From a virus: a stretch of DNA of 6,409 bases. Under the pieces are notes generated by a model. The model made no database searches. It saw nothing but the letters and a program-made list of their open reading frames with translations, and was not told the DNA's origin. The position numbers and the translations under genes are program-made. Within the stretch, counting starts at the first letter, position 1. Each line of letters opens with the position of its first letter. Below are positions 6,354-6,409 of the stretch, piece after piece. The DNA lies in the UHGV virus genome UHGV-0207123. One strand, written 5' to 3'.

Positions 6354-6409
6354 ACAAAAATAGCAACTCTGTTGCGTGCGTTTAAAAAATAAACAATTAA
6401 AAACGAAAG

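Noticed and set aside
1-6409. Searched for tRNA-like cloverleaf regions, CRISPR repeat-spacer periodicity, and integrase/transposase/RT-sized ORFs
   Set aside because: None seen. The only repeats are short: the AAGATTA x3 run and the GCGTG motifs. There is no ORF of recombinase size other than Rep, and no structured RNA gene candidates.

Overview
The window reads as a complete or near-complete small ssDNA phage genome of the family Microviridae. All convincing genes are on the + strand. The main genes are a hypothetical 103-aa protein (4..315), a VP2/H-like DNA pilot (minor capsid) protein (319..1503), a rolling-circle replication initiator (VP4/gpA-like, 1664..3052) with intact RCR motifs 1, 2 (HUH) and 3 (YxxKY), four short tightly coupled hypothetical ORFs (3084..3865) and a 749-aa major capsid protein (VP1/F-like, 3867..6116). 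The order is capsid, small ORF, pilot, Rep, small genes, capsid. The pilot gene sits directly upstream of Rep, and VP1 is very large. This is the arrangement I recall for Bacteroidetes-associated microviruses (Alpavirinae-like), and it parallels phiX174's F-G-H-A order. The sequence is AT-rich and the coding strand appears T-rich at third codon positions, which fits a microviral virion strand. Two non-coding regions carry most of the unexplained structure. The 160-nt pilot-Rep spacer has two tandem hairpins followed by an ACTTGATA motif identical to the core of the phiX174 origin nick site. The roughly 290-nt region after VP1 has a pyrimidine tract, a 26-nt GC-only alternating purine/pyrimidine tract with GCGTG-type repeats, tandem AAGATTA repeats and a short GC hairpin. 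The most interesting coding feature is a 64-aa protein with an N-terminal membrane anchor and a possible lipobox immediately upstream of VP1. It is a candidate single-gene lysis or superinfection-exclusion protein. I saw no tRNA, rRNA, CRISPR array, integrase or transposase. Nothing was searched against a database. Family assignments rest on motifs I recognise and on gene order.
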